Shown piece after piece: positions 48,519 through 61,730 of a stretch of DNA of 64,000 bases. Within the stretch, counting starts at the first letter, position 1, and each line of letters begins with the position of its first letter. Source of the DNA: Cetorhinus maximus (lineage: Eukaryota); NCBI RefSeq assembly GCF_964194155.1, contig NC_135909.1:15128001-15192000 (forward strand). The letters run 5' to 3'. Position numbers and translations under genes: made by a program. The notes beneath the pieces were generated by a model. The model saw only the letters and a list, made by a program, of their open reading frames with translations, was not told the origin of the DNA and made no database searches.

Positions 48519-49470
48519 CTTATGGTATCTCGAAAGATCCATTCGTATAATTTTATATTCCATACTGTATGTTGATAAGCTTTACATTTCTATTCGAGAA
48601 GAGTTTTTTTTATAATGAACTAATAAATTTGTTTTTATCGAATGAATCCACGTTAAAGTCTCCCTTATTCTCGGGAACAGTGGTGAAGGTAAATACTTGG
48701 CCATTTTGGTGAGTGAAATGAACATTTAAACTAATGCCGCGAACTATGGAGTAGTGGGACTAGATCAACGGTTCACTCCGAAACTTAACTCCAGGTCACT
48801 GTCGACTCCTTCTGCAAAGCATATGACATATTGGGCTTTCCACTTAACATGCAGAAAACTAAGATCCGGTTCCAATATTCCTGACTGAGGAACACCACCT
48901 GAGTGAAGGGTCAAATAATATTTTTTCAGTGAGTCAAGGAAGTACTCTTGGAGCAGGTTAAGCAGCATTTCCCGTGTTTCAATGAGAAATTCTGATCTGA
49001 ATTTAAAAGGAAAGGGTAAATATTTGTAATAATCATGAGATCCGTCCGCCACATGACTGAGGCGAGCTCACTTCTCGATCTTATCACTGACAGATACAGA
49101 TACGAAGAAAGTATAATAAACGAGAGGGAATCAATGGGTTAATTGGATTCCAATTCCGCTCCTCTGGTTAGTGTTCACAAAAGCACCATTGCAATGGATC
49201 AATGACTGATCGAGGAATCAGCAGCTGGGAACATATGAGAGTTGCACGGCTGTTAGCATTGTTTAATGGGAGCTGAGTTGACCAGCGCTTGTTCAACAAT
49301 TTTTAAAGAACATTTAAACCGATCTTTATTCCGGTAACGTGGACCGGCGGGCACAGCGCTGCAAAACTGCAGTTGTGCCCTACCCTCAGAAATGGGACTG
49401 AGTCTCCCCAAAAGCAATCGCAACCTCTCGCAGCAAGCGGAACACCCAGAAAACTGGATTTGAAATTTAT

Positions 49471-49543
49471 TGCCGAAACCCGGGATTGAACCAGGGACCT
49501 TTAGATCTTCAGTCTAACGCTCTCCCAACTGAGCTATTTCGGT
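49471..49543 (-). tRNA. tRNA-Phe(GAA), G1A only
   Basis: Identical to 32741-32813 except the first base. Confidence 0.88.
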
Positions 49544-50878
49544 TGATGGAAAAGAGTTCTTTCAGCCGGAATTGAACCAGCGGCCTAAGGATACCAGCTT
49601 TACAGTCAGCTACAGTCCTCCGCTTATATTAGAAAACGTGATCGCATAATGACAAAGGACAGCCATCGCCTCGTTTCAGTTCCCTCCAGGTTTCGATTTT
49701 ATCTTCATAAGGAGAGAGTGCTAAGTACAACGAAGCATCAATTCATTCCCATTAGCTCTCGGCCAATCTCTACACAGGGATTGCCCTAAAAACAGTCTTC
49801 TTCATCCTGTGGGTTAATTGTTTCCTGACGTCGTTTTACATGACTTAACTCTAATTTTAAGGTGAAATCCTTTTTTCTGTGTTCCCCCACCAGAGGAAAT
49901 CGTTTCTCCGCATTAAAACCGTTTAATCATTTCAATTTCCTCAACCAGATAGCACCTACACCTTCTCAACTCACGGGCATTTAAGCGTCACAGCGGGAGC
50001 ACATCTAACTGCAGATCATGAAACTGTGTGTGTATCGCACATGGTCATGGCTACTTTTGCACCAAATCTGTGTCTGAATTAATGGAACCCGCTTGTGATA
50101 AACACTGTCACCTTTCCCTGTTTAGCTGATGCGTTTCATAGAGCCACGTATGAGATTTCCTCAGTTCCGCTTTTGCACAAAGCTGGAGAAATGCATCACA
50201 GATGCCAGTCTTCAGCCAGCTCCATTCACTCCAAGTGAAATCAACAAATGGCTGAAGGCACGGGTAACTGCAAAGGCTTTGGGCCCTGACACCATTCCTG
50301 CAGCAGCACTGAAAACCTGTGCTCCAGAAATAGCCTCGTTCCTCGCCAAGTTGTTCCATTACAGCTACAGGACTGACATCTCCCCGGCAATGTGGGAAAT
50401 TGCTCAGGTCTGTCTTGTCCACAGAAAAACAGGAAAATCCAAGCGGCAAAAACCGCCCCATCAGTCTTCTCTCGTTCATGAAGAAAGTGAGGGGAAATTT
50501 CTTCGATAGTGCAATCAAGTGACACTTACTCAGCAATAACCCGCTCACTGAAGCTCAGTTTGTTTTCTGCCAGGGTCACTCAGCTCCTGATCTCATTGCA
50601 GCCTTTGGTCCAAACATGAAGGGAACAGCTGAACTCAAGAAATGAGGTGCAAGTGACCGCATTTGTTCAAAGAAGCATTTGACCTAATGTGGCATCAAGG
50701 AACCCCAGCAAAACTGAAGTCAATGGAAATAAGGCGGGAAACTCTCCACTGGTTGGAGTCGTCCCCGGGGTTTCTAAAACATTCCAAAAGATTTCCAGCA
50801 GGAACAGTAATTCGCTTTTGTTTGATGCACTATGGGTGACAATGAAACGATTGCTTGACTGAATTTGGTCATGCGGGT

Positions 50879-50955
50879 GGCTCGTTGCTCTAAGGGCATG
50901 ATTTTCGCTTTGGGATTTTCATTGAATTGGCATGAGAGTGGTCCCGGACGAGCCC
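50879..50955 (+). pseudogene. tRNA-Pro(TGG) with insert, T-arm deleted
   Basis: ggctcgttgctctaagggcatgattttcgctttggg attttcattgaatt...gtcccggacgagccc. Confidence 0.7.
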
Positions 50956-51567
50956 ATCGGACATCTTAATGTGATAGTTTTTTTCGCGCTCGAGGTGGTG
51001 GCAATTACGGAAATCAGGACCAGGTTTGAACACCCGGGAAGTCATTGCAGGAAATGCATCACTTCAACACAAGTGAAGACAATGAATGCCAAATTTAAAG
51101 GACGTTACTCCGTGCCATGAGACTCTGAATTTATCCTGATGCATCAAATAAGGGAACTGTCCACCTGTGGATTCACTTGGGAGGCTGATTGCACTCAGTT
51201 TCAATCTTGACTGAAAGGACAAGCAGAGTTTTGTTTTAATTTACCACATTTTAGCTGGTTTCCGGTACTTGCAGTGAGCTGGGAGGGGTTTCATTTTGCT
51301 GCCAAATGCTTGTATGTTCCGGTCTTTCCGCGGTGGGTTTTCACACTGTGTGGAAACATGTGGGATATCAGGTTGAAGTGTTGAAGTGATTCACATCAGT
51401 CGGTTTACTGATCTGATGTGATGGGCATTTACTTTAAAGACAGAAACTACATGTCCAAATTTACACATTTGGTAGAATATTCAGGGCCTGTACCAAAGAG
51501 GATCATTTATTTCAGCGGTTCATGGATGCAAAAAGTATAGAAGGGGGTGTAATGAGCCACATTTGGC

Positions 51568-51649
51568 CGCGAGGTGGCGGAGAGGTTAAGGCGATAGACT
51601 GTTAATCCATTGTACTCCGCACGTGTGGGTTTGAATCCCACATTCATCG
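51568..51649 (+). pseudogene. Degenerate tRNA-Ser(GCT) copy (anticodon GTT)
   Basis: Aligns to 34833-34914 with many changes. Confidence 0.75.
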
Positions 51650-54532
51650 TTACTGTTTCCGCCTTATTGCGGTGATTTTGCAGAAGCTCTGCCTGGAATC
51701 ACTGATGTGATTCTCCAACCCAAGTTCTGAGGCCAGCTTGCTTCCACTTTTCTTGTAAGATCTTGGATTCGATACTTTTGTTAACAATTACATGGGGATC
51801 CGACTTAGAGTCAATTCGACATGATATTTCCATCTCTCTCTCTAAGGGGAGACAGTGGAGTAGTGGAAATATTCCAGGGACTTGGGTTCATAGTTGCTGG
51901 TGGAAATTACACTCAATAATTCAATTTTGCAATTAAACGCCGATCTCCGTGGTGATTCGCTGATGTCTTCCAGGGCCTGCCTTACATATGAGTTTGATTC
52001 CTAACTGCCCGCTGAGAAAGCCACTGAGTTCAAGGACAATTTGGGATGTGTAACAAAGACTGGCCTTGAGAGCGACGCTCACATCTCCTGAAATAATGTT
52101 TTAAAAGGGTGAATGCGCACCTCACTGATTGGATCTTCCATCAGCCCCTGTAATGGACAGACGTGTTGAATAATAAAGCACTTTGTGACGTCAAGAAAAA
52201 GATCAATTCAGAACATCTCAGTGACATCGAGGCTCAAACCCACATCTGCGAACAGAAGGGAATCAGAATGTTGGCAGTTTTTACAGAGCGATATTGTTGA
52301 GCTGAATGTTCACACTGGAAGGCTGTAAAGTTCCTCATTGAAGGATGAGGCGCTGCTCCTCGAGCGAACCTTGAGCTTCATTGGAACATTGCAGGAGTCC
52401 GAGAACCGAGTGATCAGGGTGAGAGCCAGGTCGACAGTCATTTCGTTTCACCAGCTTGACTGTGTGGATGACTTGGTTGGACTTTCTGTTAATTTACCGC
52501 ACATTCTTGGCTATCAGTTTTTTCGCAGGCAAATGCCACTTTCCGTCAAAAGTAACCCCATCCCAACTCTTACTGTCCTGAGAAACTGCCACTTGGACAT
52601 GAGATGACCAGCTATTGAAGTGAGCGCTGCCTAACTTCCCTGACCGTTAATTCGCACTGAGCTTCTTTGCTAAGTCGAATTAAAGCTGACTTTCTGCAAC
52701 TCCTATAACACAGCTAAAATATGGTCAAGAAATATGAAGCTGTAACCCTCCCGCCTAACTCACCATTATCTGCCCCCAGAATACGCCCCTCCCCTCACTG
52801 CATCCCCCCAACTGCCACCACCCTCACCAGCCTCCCACCCCACCCGACCCACCTCCCCTACTCCCCTGCCCCACAGCCACCCCCAGCTCTGCCAGTCTGA
52901 ATGTTCTTTCAGTCAAGACTACAACTCCATGTTGAAATCAGGCTGTGAACATTATGACCCGATAGGGCTGTGTACACAGGGGCTCACATGGTTTTCATGG
53001 TTCTGAAATGAAAACATACCTGGAAGTCTGTGTTTTAAAAAGTGGGCTTTTTTTTCCTTTGAGAAGAGAAAGACCAACTGCTTGATGTTGTCTCGGATCA
53101 GTGCTGGGGGAGTTACTGTGGAATACTGACCCCATCTCAAGGACTGCACAACCTGTCCTTTGCCTTGATTCATTGATTTTTAACGTTTGGCAAAATTCCC
53201 CCCTTTCTAAAGAAGTGCCATAAGGACTCGAAACGTTGATTATCTGTTTTTTTCACTCCACAGATGCTGTTAGACCAGCTGATTTTTTTCCGGCATTTTC
53301 TGTTTTTGTTTCAGATTTCCAGCATCCGCATCATTTTGCTTTTATTTCCCCTATTTCTCTTTTTTATGTCGTGGTTTTCATTATGAGTGCGTGTGTGTAT
53401 GTGTGTGTGTGTTTGTGAGAGGAGACCGTATGTGTGTGTTTGTGTGTGTGAGAGAGAGAGAGAGAGAGGGAGAGCGTGTGTGTGTGCGACTTATGGTATC
53501 TGGAAAGATTAATTCGTATAATTTCATATTCCATACTGTATGTTCATAAGCTTTAATTTTCCATTCGAAAATACCTTTTTTAAATGAACAAACAAATTTA
53601 TAGTTCATTGAAACAATCCACTTTAAATTATCCTTTATTCGCGGGAACAGTGGTGAAGGTAAATAATTGGCCATTTTGGTGAGTGAGTTGAACATTTAAA
53701 CCAATGTTGCGATCTGTGGAGTAATGGGACTAGACCAAGGGCGCACTCCTCCCATCCCGCTCGTAACAGTGTGTTCACTCAGAAACTTAGCTCCAGGTCA
53801 CTTGCGGCTCCTTCTGTAAAGCATATGAGAGACTGGGCTTCCCACTAATAATGCAGGAAACTAAGATCCGTTTCAAACATTCCTGACCGAGGAAGACACC
53901 CAGAAACTGCTGCACACAAAGAGCTTACTGAAAGGTCAAATTATATTCTTTCAGCGAGTCATGGAAGTGCCCTTGGAGCAGGTTAAGCAGCATTTCCTGT
54001 GTTTCAATGATAAATTCTGATCTGAATTTAATAGGATAGAGTAAATATTTGTCATACACATGAGATCCATCCGTCACATGACTAAGGCGAACTCATTTCT
54101 CGATCTAATCACTAAGGGGCACAGGGAACAAAATAATAATAAACGAGAGGGAAACAAGGGATTAATTGGATTCCAATTCCGCTCCACTGGATAATGTCAA
54201 AAAGAACACAATTGCAACGGATTTTCAGGAATTTACATTCCCAATGACTAATTGAGTTGCCAGGAGCTGGAAACATATGAGAGTTGCAGAGTTATTAGCA
54301 TAGTTTAATGGGAGCTGAGTTGACAAGCGCTTTTTCACATGTTTTTTTCAAGAAAAGTTAAACCAACCTTTATTCCAGTAACGCGAACCAGCACACATAC
54401 TTTGGAGTCTTTGCAAGTCTCCACCACACTCAGAAACAGGGCTGGGTATACCCGAAACACTCTGGCAACATCAGCTAGCGAATAACACACGCAGCAACTC
54501 GTGAAACCCATGTGAATGGATTTCCAACTTGC

Positions 54533-54605
54533 TGTCGAAACACAGGATTGATCCAGGACCCTTTAAATGTTCAGTCTAACGCTCTCCCGACTGAGCTATT
54601 CCGGC
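54533..54605 (-). pseudogene. Degenerate tRNA-Phe
   Basis: About 10 substitutions relative to 32741-32813. Confidence 0.8.
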
Positions 54606-55897
54606 TAACCGAAGGGCTTTCTTTGAGCCGGAATTGAACCAGAGACCTAAGGATGCTAGTTTTACAGGCACCTACAGTCCTCCTTTTATATTAGAGAACA
54701 TGATCGCATAATGACAAAGGGCAGCCATCACCTCGTTTCAGTTCCCACCAGGTTTCCAGTTTTTCTTGATAAAGAGGGGGTGCAAAGCGCAACGAAGCAT
54801 CAGTTCATTGCCATAAACTCTCGGCCAATCTCTACACAGGAATTGTCCGACAAACAGCTTTCTTCATCCTTTGAGTGAATTGCTCCCTGACGTCACTATT
54901 AAATGGCTTAACTCTAAATTTAAGGTTATATATATTTGTTCTGTGTTCCCCCAGCAGAGGAAATCGTTTATCCGCATTAAAACCGTTTAATCATCTCAAT
55001 TGCCTCAGCCAGCTAGCTCCGACACCTTCTCAACTGACGTGTCACAGCGGGAGCACATCTAACTGCTGATCAGAAAACTGTGTGTGTATCGCACATGGTC
55101 ATGGCTACTTTTGCACCAAATCTGTGTCTGAATTAATGGAACCCGCTTGTGATAAACACTGTCGCCTTTCACTGCTTAGCAGATGAGTTTCATAGAGCCA
55201 CGTTTGTGATTCCCTAAGTTCCGATTTTGCACAAAGTTGGGGAAATGCATCACAGATGTCAGCTCCTTTCACTCCAAGTGAAATCAAGAAATGGCTGAAG
55301 GCACGGGTAACTGCAAAGGCTTTGGGCCCTGACACCATTCCTGCAGCAGTACTGAAAACCTGTGCTCCACAAATAGCCTCGCCCCTGGCCAAGTTGTTCC
55401 ATTACAGCTACAAGACTGACATCTACCCGGCAATGTGGGAAATTGCTCAGGTCTGTCTTGTCCACAAAAAAACAGGAAAATCCAAGCGGCAAAATCCGTC
55501 TTCTCTCGTTTATCAAGAAAGTGAGGGAATATGTCTTCGACAGTGCGATCAAGTGGCAATAACCCGCTTACTGAAGCTCAGTTTGTTTTCTGCCAGGGTC
55601 ACTCAGCTCCTGACCTCATTGCAGCCTTGGTCCAAACATGAAGAAAACAGCTGAACTCAAGTCGTGAGTGACTGCACTTGAGTTCAAAGAAACTTATTGA
55701 CCTAGTGCGGGCATCAAGGAACCCCAGCAAAACTGAAGTCAAAGGAAATAAGGCGGGAAACTCTCCACTGGTTGGAGTCGTCCCCGGGGTTTCTAATACA
55801 TTCCAAAAGATTTCCAGCAGGAACAGTTATTCGCTTTTGTTTGATACACTATGGGTGACAATGAAAAGATTCCATGATTGCATCTTGTTATGCATGT

Positions 55898-55987
55898 GGC
55901 TCGTTGGTCCAGGGGCGAGATTATCTTTTTGGGATTTTCATTGAATTATTATGCAAGAGGCCCCGGGTTCAATTCTCGCACGAGCCC
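55898..55987 (+). pseudogene. tRNA-Pro(TGG) with an 18-nt insert
   Basis: Full 90-nt length; insert attttcattgaattatta. Confidence 0.72.
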
Positions 55988-56605
55988 AACCAATTAATGC
56001 CGAAATTGTTTTCGCGCTTGAGGTGGAGGCAGTTCCGGAAATCAAGACCAGAATTGAACATCCGGGAAGTTATTGCAGAAAATGCATCACCTGAACACAC
56101 GTGAAGAAAATGAATGCCAAATTTAAATGATGTTTCTCCGCGTCATGTCCTAATGCATCAAATAAGGGAACTGTCCATTTGTGGAGTCACTTAGGAGGCT
56201 GATTGCACTCAGTTTCAATCTTGACTGAAAGGACAAGCAGAGCTGGGAACCCTAGTGTTTTATTTTAATTTACCACATTTTAGCTGTGTTCCGGTGCTTG
56301 CAGTGAGCTGGGAGGGGTTTCCTTTTGCAACCAAATGCTTGTAAGTTCCGGTCTTTCAGCGCTGGATTTTCACACTGTGTAGAAACATGTTGGATATCAG
56401 GTTGAAGTGTTGAAGTGAATCACATCAGTCGGTTTATAACAGTCCCTGATCTGATGTGATGGGCATTTACTTTAATGACAGAAACTACATTTCCAAAGTT
56501 ACACATCTGGCCAAAGATTCGGGACCTGAACCAAAGAGGATCATTTATTTCAACATTTCGTGGGTGTAAAAAGTATAGAAGGGAGTTTACGGGAGCACGT
56601 TTTGT

Positions 56606-56685
56606 GACCAGGTGGTGGAGGTTAAGGCGATGAGCTGCTAATCCATTGTGTTTCGCACGCGTGGGTTCGAATCACACCTTTGTCA
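56606..56685 (+). pseudogene. Degenerate tRNA-Ser(GCT)
   Basis: Aligns to 34833-34914; D-arm deletion. Confidence 0.75.
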
Positions 56686-59629
56686 TGACTTTCCCAACTG
56701 TTTCCGCCTTATTGCGGTGATTTTGCAGAAGCTCTGCCTGGAATCACTGATGTGATTCTAGAACCCAAGTTATGAGGCCAGCTTGCTTCGACTTTTCTTG
56801 TAAGAACTTGGATTCGATACTTTTGCTCACAATAACATGGGGATCCGACTGAGAGTCCATTCGACATATTTCCATTTCTCACTAAAGGGAAACATTGAAG
56901 CAGTGGAAATATTCCGGACACTTGCGTTAATTTCCCACCATAGTTGCTGATGGTAATTAAACTCAATAATTAAAATCTGCAATTAAACGCTCATCTCAAT
57001 GCTGGTTCACTGATGTCTTCCCTGGTATGGCCTACATATGAGTTTGATTCCTAACAGCTCGCTGAAAAAGCCACAGAGTTCAAGGACAGTTTCGGATGTG
57101 AAACAAAGACTGGCCTTGCGACCGATGCTCACATCTCCTGAAATAATGTTTTAAAAGGGTGAATGCGCACCTCACTGATTGGATCTTCCATCAGCCCCTG
57201 TAATGGACAGACGTGTTGAATAATAAAGCGCTTTGTGACGTCAAGAAAAAGATCAATTCAGAACATCTCAGTGAAACCGAGGCTCAAACCCACATCTGCG
57301 AACAGAAGGGAATCAGAATGTTGGCAGTTTTTACAGAGCGATATTGTTGAGCTGAATGTTCACACTGGAAGGCTGTAAAGTTCCTCATTGAAGGATGAGC
57401 CGCTGTTCCTCCAGTGAACCTTGAGCTTCATCAGAACATTGCAGGAGTCCGAGAACCGAGTGATCAGGGTGAGAACCAGGTCGACAGTCATTTCGTTTCA
57501 CCAGCTGGACTGTGTGGATGAGTTGGTTGGACTTTCTGTTAATTTACCGCACATTCTTAGCTATCAGTTCTGTCGCAGGAAAATGCCACTTCAACACTTT
57601 CTGTCAAAAGTAACCCCATCCCAACCCTTAATGCCCTGAGAAACTGCCACTTTGACATGTGATGAGCAGTAATTGAAGTGAGCGCTGCCTAACTTCCCTG
57701 ACCGTTAATTCCCCCTGAGCTTCTTTACTAAGTCGAATTAAAACTGACTTTCTGCAACTCCTATAACACAGCTAAAATATGGTCAAGTAATATGAAGCTG
57801 TAACCCTCCCGCCCCACCCACCGTCATCTGCCCCCACGACCAGCCCCTCCCCTCGCTGCATCACCACAACTGCCACCACCAACACCCCCACCCCGCACCC
57901 CACCCCACCCCCGCCCCCCCCCCCCCCCCCCCCCCCCCCACCCCCCGGCCCTACAGCCACCCCAGCTCTGCCAGTCTGAATGTTGTTTCAGACAAGACTA
58001 CAACTCCATGTTGAAATCAGGCTGTGAACATTTTGACCCGATAGGGCTGTGTACACAGGGGGTCACATGGTTTTCATGGTTCTGAATGAAAACATACCAG
58101 GAAAACTGTGTTTTAAAAAGCGTTTTTTTTTTCCTTCGAGAAGAGGAGGACCAAATGCTTGATGTTGTCACGGATCAGTGCTGGGGGAGTTACTGTGGAA
58201 CACTGACCCCATCTCAAGGACTGCACACCCTGTCCTTTGCCTTGACCCATTGACATTTAATGTTTGGCAAATTTCCTCCCTTTGTAAAGAAGGGCCATAA
58301 GGACTCGAAACGCTGACTCTGTATTTACTTCTCCCCACAGATGCTGTTAGACCAGCTGATGTTTTCCAGCATTTTCTGTTTTTGTTTCTGATTTTTAACA
58401 TCCCCATCATTTTGCTTTAATTTCCCCTATTTCTCTTTTTAATANNNNNNNNNNNNNNNNNNNNNNNNNNNNNNNNNNNNNNNNNNNNNNNNNNNNNNNN
58501 NNNNNNNNNNNNNNNNNNNNNNNNNNNNNNNNNNNNNNNNNNNNNNNNNNNNNNNNNNNNNNNNNNNNNNNNNNNNNNNNNNNNNNNNNNNNTTAATTCG
58601 CATAATTTCAGATCCATACTGAATGTTCATAAGCTTTAATTTTCTATTCGAAAATTACTTTTCTTATAATAAACAAAGAAATTTATTGTTCATCGAAATA
58701 ATCCACTTTAAAACCTCGTTTATTCTCGGGAACAGTGGTGAAGGTAAATAATTGGCCATTTTGCTGAGTGAAGTGAACATTTGAGCCAATGTTGCGACCT
58801 GTGGAGTAGTGGGACTAGACCAATGGCGCACTCCTCCCATCCCGCTTGTAACAGGGTGCTCACTCAGAAACTTAGCTCCGGGTCACTGTCGACTCCTTCT
58901 GTGAAGCAGATGACATATTGGCTTCCCACTAAACATGCAGAAAACTAAGATCCGATTCCAATATTCGTGTCTGAGGAAGACCACCAGAAACGGCTGCACA
59001 CAAAGAGCTTACTGAAAGGTCAAATTATATTCTTTCAGTGAGTCATAGAAGTGACCTTGGAGCAGGTTAAGCAGCATTTCCCGTGTTTCAATGAGAAATC
59101 CTGATCTGAATTTAAGAGGAAAGGGTAAATGTTTGTAATACTCATGAGATCCGTCCGCCGCATGAGTGAGGCGAGCTCATTTCTCGACCTAATCACTGAG
59201 AGACACAGACACAAAGAAATAATAATAAACGAGAGGGAAACAATGGAATAATTGGATTCCAATTACGGTCCCCTGGTTAATTTTAAAAAAGCAACATTGC
59301 AATGGATCAACAGACGGATTTTCAGGAATTTAATTTCTCAATGACTGATCGAGGAACCAGAAGCTGTGAACATATGAGCGTTGCACGGTTGTTAGTATAG
59401 TTTATTGGGAGCTGACTTGACCAACGCTTTTTCATATGTTTTTTTCAAAAAAGGTTAAACCGATCTTTATTCCAGTAACGTGGACCAGCGGGCACAGAAC
59501 TGCACGCGTGCTTTGGAGGACAGCATGTCTTCCCAACCCTCAGAAGAGGACTGGGTCTCCCCAAAGACCTGTTGGCACCATCAGCTAGTGACCAACACAA
59601 ACTGGAGACGTTTCCGCGAGAGAACTTGC

Positions 59630-59763
59630 TACCGAAATCGGGAATTGAAACAGGGACTTTGAGATCTTCAGTTTAACGCTCACCCAACTGAGATATTCTT
59701 CGACCCAGAATCGAACCAGAGACCTAAGGATGTTAGTTTTACAGGCACATACCGTCCTCCGCT
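59630..59763 (-). pseudogene. Fused degenerate tRNA-Tyr/tRNA-Phe remnant
   Basis: The Phe 5' end and spacer are deleted (gagatattcttcgacccagaa). Confidence 0.7.
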
Positions 59764-60997
59764 GATATTACAGAACATGATCGCACAATGACAAAAGACA
59801 GCCATCACCTCGCTTCAGTTCCCTCCAGATTTGCAGTTTTTCTTGATAAAGAGGGGGTGAAAAGCCCAACGAAGCATCAGTTCATTGCCATAAGCTCTCG
59901 GCCAATCGCTACACAGAGGTTGTCCTCCAAACAGCCTTCTTCGTCCTTTGAGTGATTTGTTCCCTGACGTCACTATAAAATGGCTTCACTCGAAGTTTAA
60001 GGTTATATCCATTTATTCTGCACTCCGCCACCAGAGGAAATCGTTTCTCCGCATTAAAACCTATTAATCATCTCAATTACCTCAATCAGATAACGCCTAT
60101 GTCTTCTCAACTCACGAGTATGTAAGCGACACAGCGGGAGCACATCTAACTGCAGATCAGAAAACTGTGTGTGTCGCACTTGGTCATGGCTACTTTTGCA
60201 CCAATTCTGTATCTGAATTAATGGAACCCGTTTCTGATAAACACTGTCACCTTTCACTGCTTAGCAGACGAGTTTCATAGAGCCACGTATGTGATTCCCT
60301 CCGTTCTGCTTTTGCACAAAAATGGGGAAATGCATCACAGATGTCACTCTTCAGCCAGCTCCGGTCACTCCAAGTGAAATCAAGAAATGGCTGAAGGCAA
60401 CTGCAAAGGCTTTGGGCCCTGACACCATTCCTGCAGCAGTACTGAAAACCTGTGCTCCACAAATAGCCTCGCCCCTCGCCAAGTTCTTCCAGTGCAGCTA
60501 CAAGACTGGCATCTACCCGGCAATGTGGGAAATTGCTCAGGTCTGTCTTGTCCACAGAAAAACAGGAAAATCCAAACGGCAAAAACCGCCCCATCCGTCT
60601 TCTCTCGTTTATCAAGAAGGTGAGGGAAAATGTCTTCGACAGTGCGAACAAGTGGCAGTAACGCGCTCACTGAAGCTCAGTGTGTTTTCTGCCAGGGTCA
60701 CTCAGCTCCTGACCTCATTGCAGCCTTGGTCCAAACATGAAGAAAACAGCCGAACTCAAGGCGTGAGGTGCAAGTGACTGCACTTGAGTTCAAAGAAGCA
60801 TTTGACCTAATGTGGCAACAAGGAACCCCAGCAAAACTGAAGTCAAAGGAAATAAGGCGGGAAACTCTCCACTGGTTGGAGTCGTTCCCATGGTTTCTAA
60901 AACATTGGAAAAGATTTCCAGCATGAACTTTAATTCGCTTATGATTGATGCACTTTGTGTGACAATGAAAGGATTACTTGACTGCGTTTTGTTATGT

Positions 60998-61064
60998 GGG
61001 TCACTTTGGGATTTCCATTGTGTTATTATGCGACTTGTCCCGGGTTCAATTCCCGGCTGAGCCC
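60998..61064 (+). pseudogene. tRNA-Pro remnant with insert
   Basis: ctttggg atttccattgtgttatta tgcgac..gtcccgggttcaattcccggctgagccc. Confidence 0.65.
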
Positions 61065-61692
61065 ATCTTAATGCATCATTTTCTTTCGCGCTCGAGGTGG
61101 TGGCGGTTACGGAAATCAGGACCAGGTTTGAACACCCGGGAAGTCATTGCAGGGAATGTATCACTTCAACACACGTGATGTAAATTAATGCCAATTTAAA
61201 GAACGTTTCTCCGTGCCATGAGACTCTGAATTTATTCTAATGCATCAAATGAGTGAACTGTCTATTTGTGGATTCACGTGGGAGGCTGATTGCACTCAGT
61301 TTCAATCTTGACTGAAAGGACAAGCAGAGCTGGGAACCCCAGTGTTTCATTTTAATTTACCACATTTTAGCTGTGTTCCGGTGCTTGCAGTGAGCTGGGA
61401 GGGGGTTCCTTTTCCTACCAAATGCTTGTAAGTTCCGGTCGTTCCTCGACGGGTTTTCAAACTGTGTAGAAACATGTTGGATATTAGTTTGAAGTGTTGA
61501 AGTGATTCACATCAGTCGGTTTACAAAAGTCCTTGATCTGATGTTATGAGCATTTATTTTAATGACATAAACTACATTTCCATCTTTACACATCTGGCCG
61601 AATATTCAGGGCCCGTATCAAAGAGGATCATTTTTTTCAACGGCTCATGAATGCAAAAAGCATAGTAGGGGGTTTAATAGACGGCAGTGCGC

Positions 61693-61730
61693 GACGAGGT
61701 GACCGAGAGGTTTGAATCCCACCTTCGTCG
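61693..61730 (+). pseudogene. tRNA-Ser with the internal 44 nt deleted
   Basis: gacgaggtgaccgagaggtt/tgaatcccaccttcgtcg; the deletion lies between two GGTT motifs. Confidence 0.75.

Noticed and set aside
51568-51649. Apparent Ser-body tRNA with a GTT (Asn) anticodon, and a Tyr body with GCA at 39915-39982, as recoding tRNAs
   Set aside because: Both have broken stems or promoter boxes; the anticodon changes are simple transitions in pseudogenes.
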